A DNA stretch of 64,000 nt, from contig NW_024704742.1 of assembly GCF_018977255.1 (NCBI RefSeq), positions 100,132,001 through 100,196,000 on the forward strand, written 5' to 3'. The DNA comes from Callorhinchus milii. Lineage: Eukaryota. The notes beneath the pieces were generated by a model that searched no databases, was not told the DNA's origin, and saw only the letters and a program-made list of their open reading frames with translations. Below, in pieces: positions 61,738 to 64,000 of the stretch. The translations under genes and the position numbers were made by a program. How positions within the stretch are numbered: position 1 is the stretch's first letter; every line of letters starts with the position of its first letter.

Positions 61738-63454
61738 AAGTGCTTTGACTGGTTAAATGGGAATACTTTATTCTCAATCACTCTGTCACTTTCAGTTTTA
61801 AAAATAAAAATAATTAACAATTCCAATAAAGCATTCACAGTCAACACCTTGTGTTAAAAAAAACTGTAATCCAGATAGAACACATATCCCAAATGTAGAC
61901 ACCTTGCAAGCTCTTCCTTTTCCCAGGGCATCCTGTTCAAAACTCCCTGCTGGCTATGTTGTACGAGTTGGTATATGGAGCAAAACAAGCCTGACCAATT
62001 CCAAAAGTGAAATGAATTTTAGACTTTTTCTTGATCTTTAACAAAGTGCAAATTGAGAATACACAAGTTCAAAGTGCTGCAGCTAATGAACACTTACCTT
62101 CAACATTGTTCGCCCACAAGGAAACAAAAGAGAAGCATAATATGCCTTATGATGCGTTAACAAACCAAGGTTTTGTAAAGATTTCACAGGTATATATTAA
62201 CAAGTGAAGTGACTTGTTTTTGTCAGAAAACAAGTGAAAGTGCAAAGAGAGTAACAATATATGTCAATTGTTTCTGTGGAACTACTAATTTGACTCGATT
62301 TGAAAATAAATAGAATGCAATCAGTGGAAGATTGTTGTCTCTTAACTACTGGCCTTGTCCATCTCTCAGCAAGTATGATTTAAAAAGGATATTTTTACAA
62401 CATACGGAATCCTACCTCAACATTTTCTTAAAAGAGGACTTAAATGCCATGTAATCTTATCAGCTTTCAAAACAGCTTGGGCAGAACCTGTTTGGAATCT
62501 GCAATCAGAAGGAAACTCAAACATGAGCTCCTTAATTGACAAAAGGATGCACTCAGTGCATTCATTTAAAACAGCTATAAAATATTCATTACTGACTCAC
62601 TGTCCAATGTCTGCTGCGCACTGCTATAAAACGTTTCTGACCATTCCCGAAGTATTCATGGTCATGTAAGTCACTGTGAACTAAAAATAGCCCCAATTCT
62701 TTCAAGATTAAATATGCCTTCTTCTATGCCCAAGCTCTTATTTTTAGAAACTTTGTTTTGCAGTCTTGAAAGTAGCATTTTTGTGTAATTTTGCAAAACA
62801 AAATCCAACCCTTAAGAGGGAAAACAACTCCTTTGCTAGTTTAAACTTTAACAACGTTAAATTACTGCAGTCACAAGTCCACATTTATGAGCACATAAAT
62901 GTACCTAGCTGGAGTTTCCAGCTGGTGAAATAGCTCAAGCAAGCAGGCACGAGTCTTGTTGATGCAAAATCTCTCCCGTTAAGTTGTGCATTTTTCAGTT
63001 AATAAGATGACAAGTCCAAATGCAGAATGTGTAGGCACATATGGTCCAATGCACAGGCCCATGGACCTTATTTGTGGTGGTTGCAAAGCTATATACAGAA
63101 TGCAGGATGTGAACAATTTTTTTAAAAAAGAACAGACCTCACGGTTTTGAGAACACACATTGTCCACTGAAAAACTAATGAAATATGAAGTTACCGGGCA
63201 AACAAATTTAGGTGATATAAATGCTACAATACGATTCCCGCAGCATTTCACCCAAAGGGGGTGTGAAATAGAAGTCCATTTTGCTGGTGGAATGCAACTT
63301 CATTCTCCTCTTCAGTCAACTCACTCATCTAACACTTTAATAATTGATTGGTACACATTACCCTCGTAATGCATTGTTCACAGAGGCTGATGGTCATGGT
63401 CCATGTGCAATTACAGAGGAAAGCAGAGTCCATAAACTTTAAAAGGTTAACAAC

Positions 63455-63985
63455 ATCAATTTTCCATTTGATATAACACCTTTTTCAAGTCGTCAAAACC
63501 TCTCAAAACACTTCAAAGGAATTACTGTAAAATGTAACTGCATTTTTAAACAAATGCGGCAGCCACGTTTTGCATCATCTCAACTCTACCTTCTCCACTT
63601 CCTACCACTTCCACCCCCAGCTCGGCTGAGCAGCCAGCAGTGAGTCGTCCAGCCAACATGAAAGGCGCTATATAAATGTAAATTGCATTGTACTGTATAG
63701 CAATGTCCCACAATGAGCCATGAAGCAAATGTTATCTGGGGATTGTTGGCCAGAATACCGAGAGAAACTCCTTCCTCTTTTGAATAACACTAGGGGATCG
63801 TTTACATCGACCTGCATAGGCAGACAGGACTTCAGGTGAACATCTCATCCAAAGCACGGCACGTCCAATAATGCAGTACTCCCTCAGAACTGCAATATAG
63901 CGCCAGCCAAGGCTACAAGCTTCGTCTTAATATTGAACTTGAACCCACAACCTTCTGTCACAGTTGAGATTGTTGCCTAATTCAA
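63455..63985 (-). mobile_element. Deu-domain SINE interrupted by a plus-strand L2 3' end (about 63575-63690)
   Basis: gcggcagcca|insert|agcaatgtcccaca...catctcatccaaagcacggcacgtccaataatgcagtactccctcag...gaacccacaaccttctg. Confidence 0.7.
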
Positions 63986-64000
63986 TTTACATAACACCTT

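Larger units (their letters stand above)
12523..64000 (-). other. Long intron (over 51 kb) of the CK1-gamma gene; upstream exons lie beyond the window
   Basis: A by-eye scan found no sequence encoding the expected upstream peptides (KNLYTNEYVAIKL, EPxKSRAPQLHLEYRFYKQL) with splice sites. Confidence 0.7.

Noticed and set aside
62092..62150. Consensus donor AAG|GTAAGT on the gene strand
   Set aside because: No well-placed acceptor after the pyrimidine tract and no kinase-like translation.

Overview
This is eukaryotic, vertebrate genomic DNA. The repeat content suggests a cartilaginous fish, but that is an inference. The whole window lies inside a minus-strand casein kinase 1 gamma gene, best matching CSNK1G3. 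Only two coding exons are visible: 12374-12522 (149 nt) and 4241-4475 (235 nt), both with canonical GT-AG sites. Everything from 12523 to 64000 appears to be one intron of more than 51 kb. The introns are dense in retroposons: young and old L2 LINEs (largest about 2.5 kb), a 2 kb CR1 LINE plus CR1 3' ends, about 11 near-full-length copies of a tRNA(Ala)-headed SINE that shares its 3' stem-loop with L2, older Deu-domain SINEs, a hAT-type MITE, an inverted Penelope-like terminal repeat with hammerhead-ribozyme cores, and an unclassified 4-copy repeat. Most ORFs in the track are retroposon fragments or chance ORFs. There is no CRISPR array, rRNA or prokaryotic system. The best leads are the hammerhead-like motif, a 49-bp-arm fold-back hairpin, a candidate 32-nt poison microexon, a near-identical inverted L2 pair around a frame-symmetric 384-nt exon pair (circRNA potential), and a covarying LINE/SINE 3' stem-loop. 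All repeat boundaries and family names are by eye and approximate.
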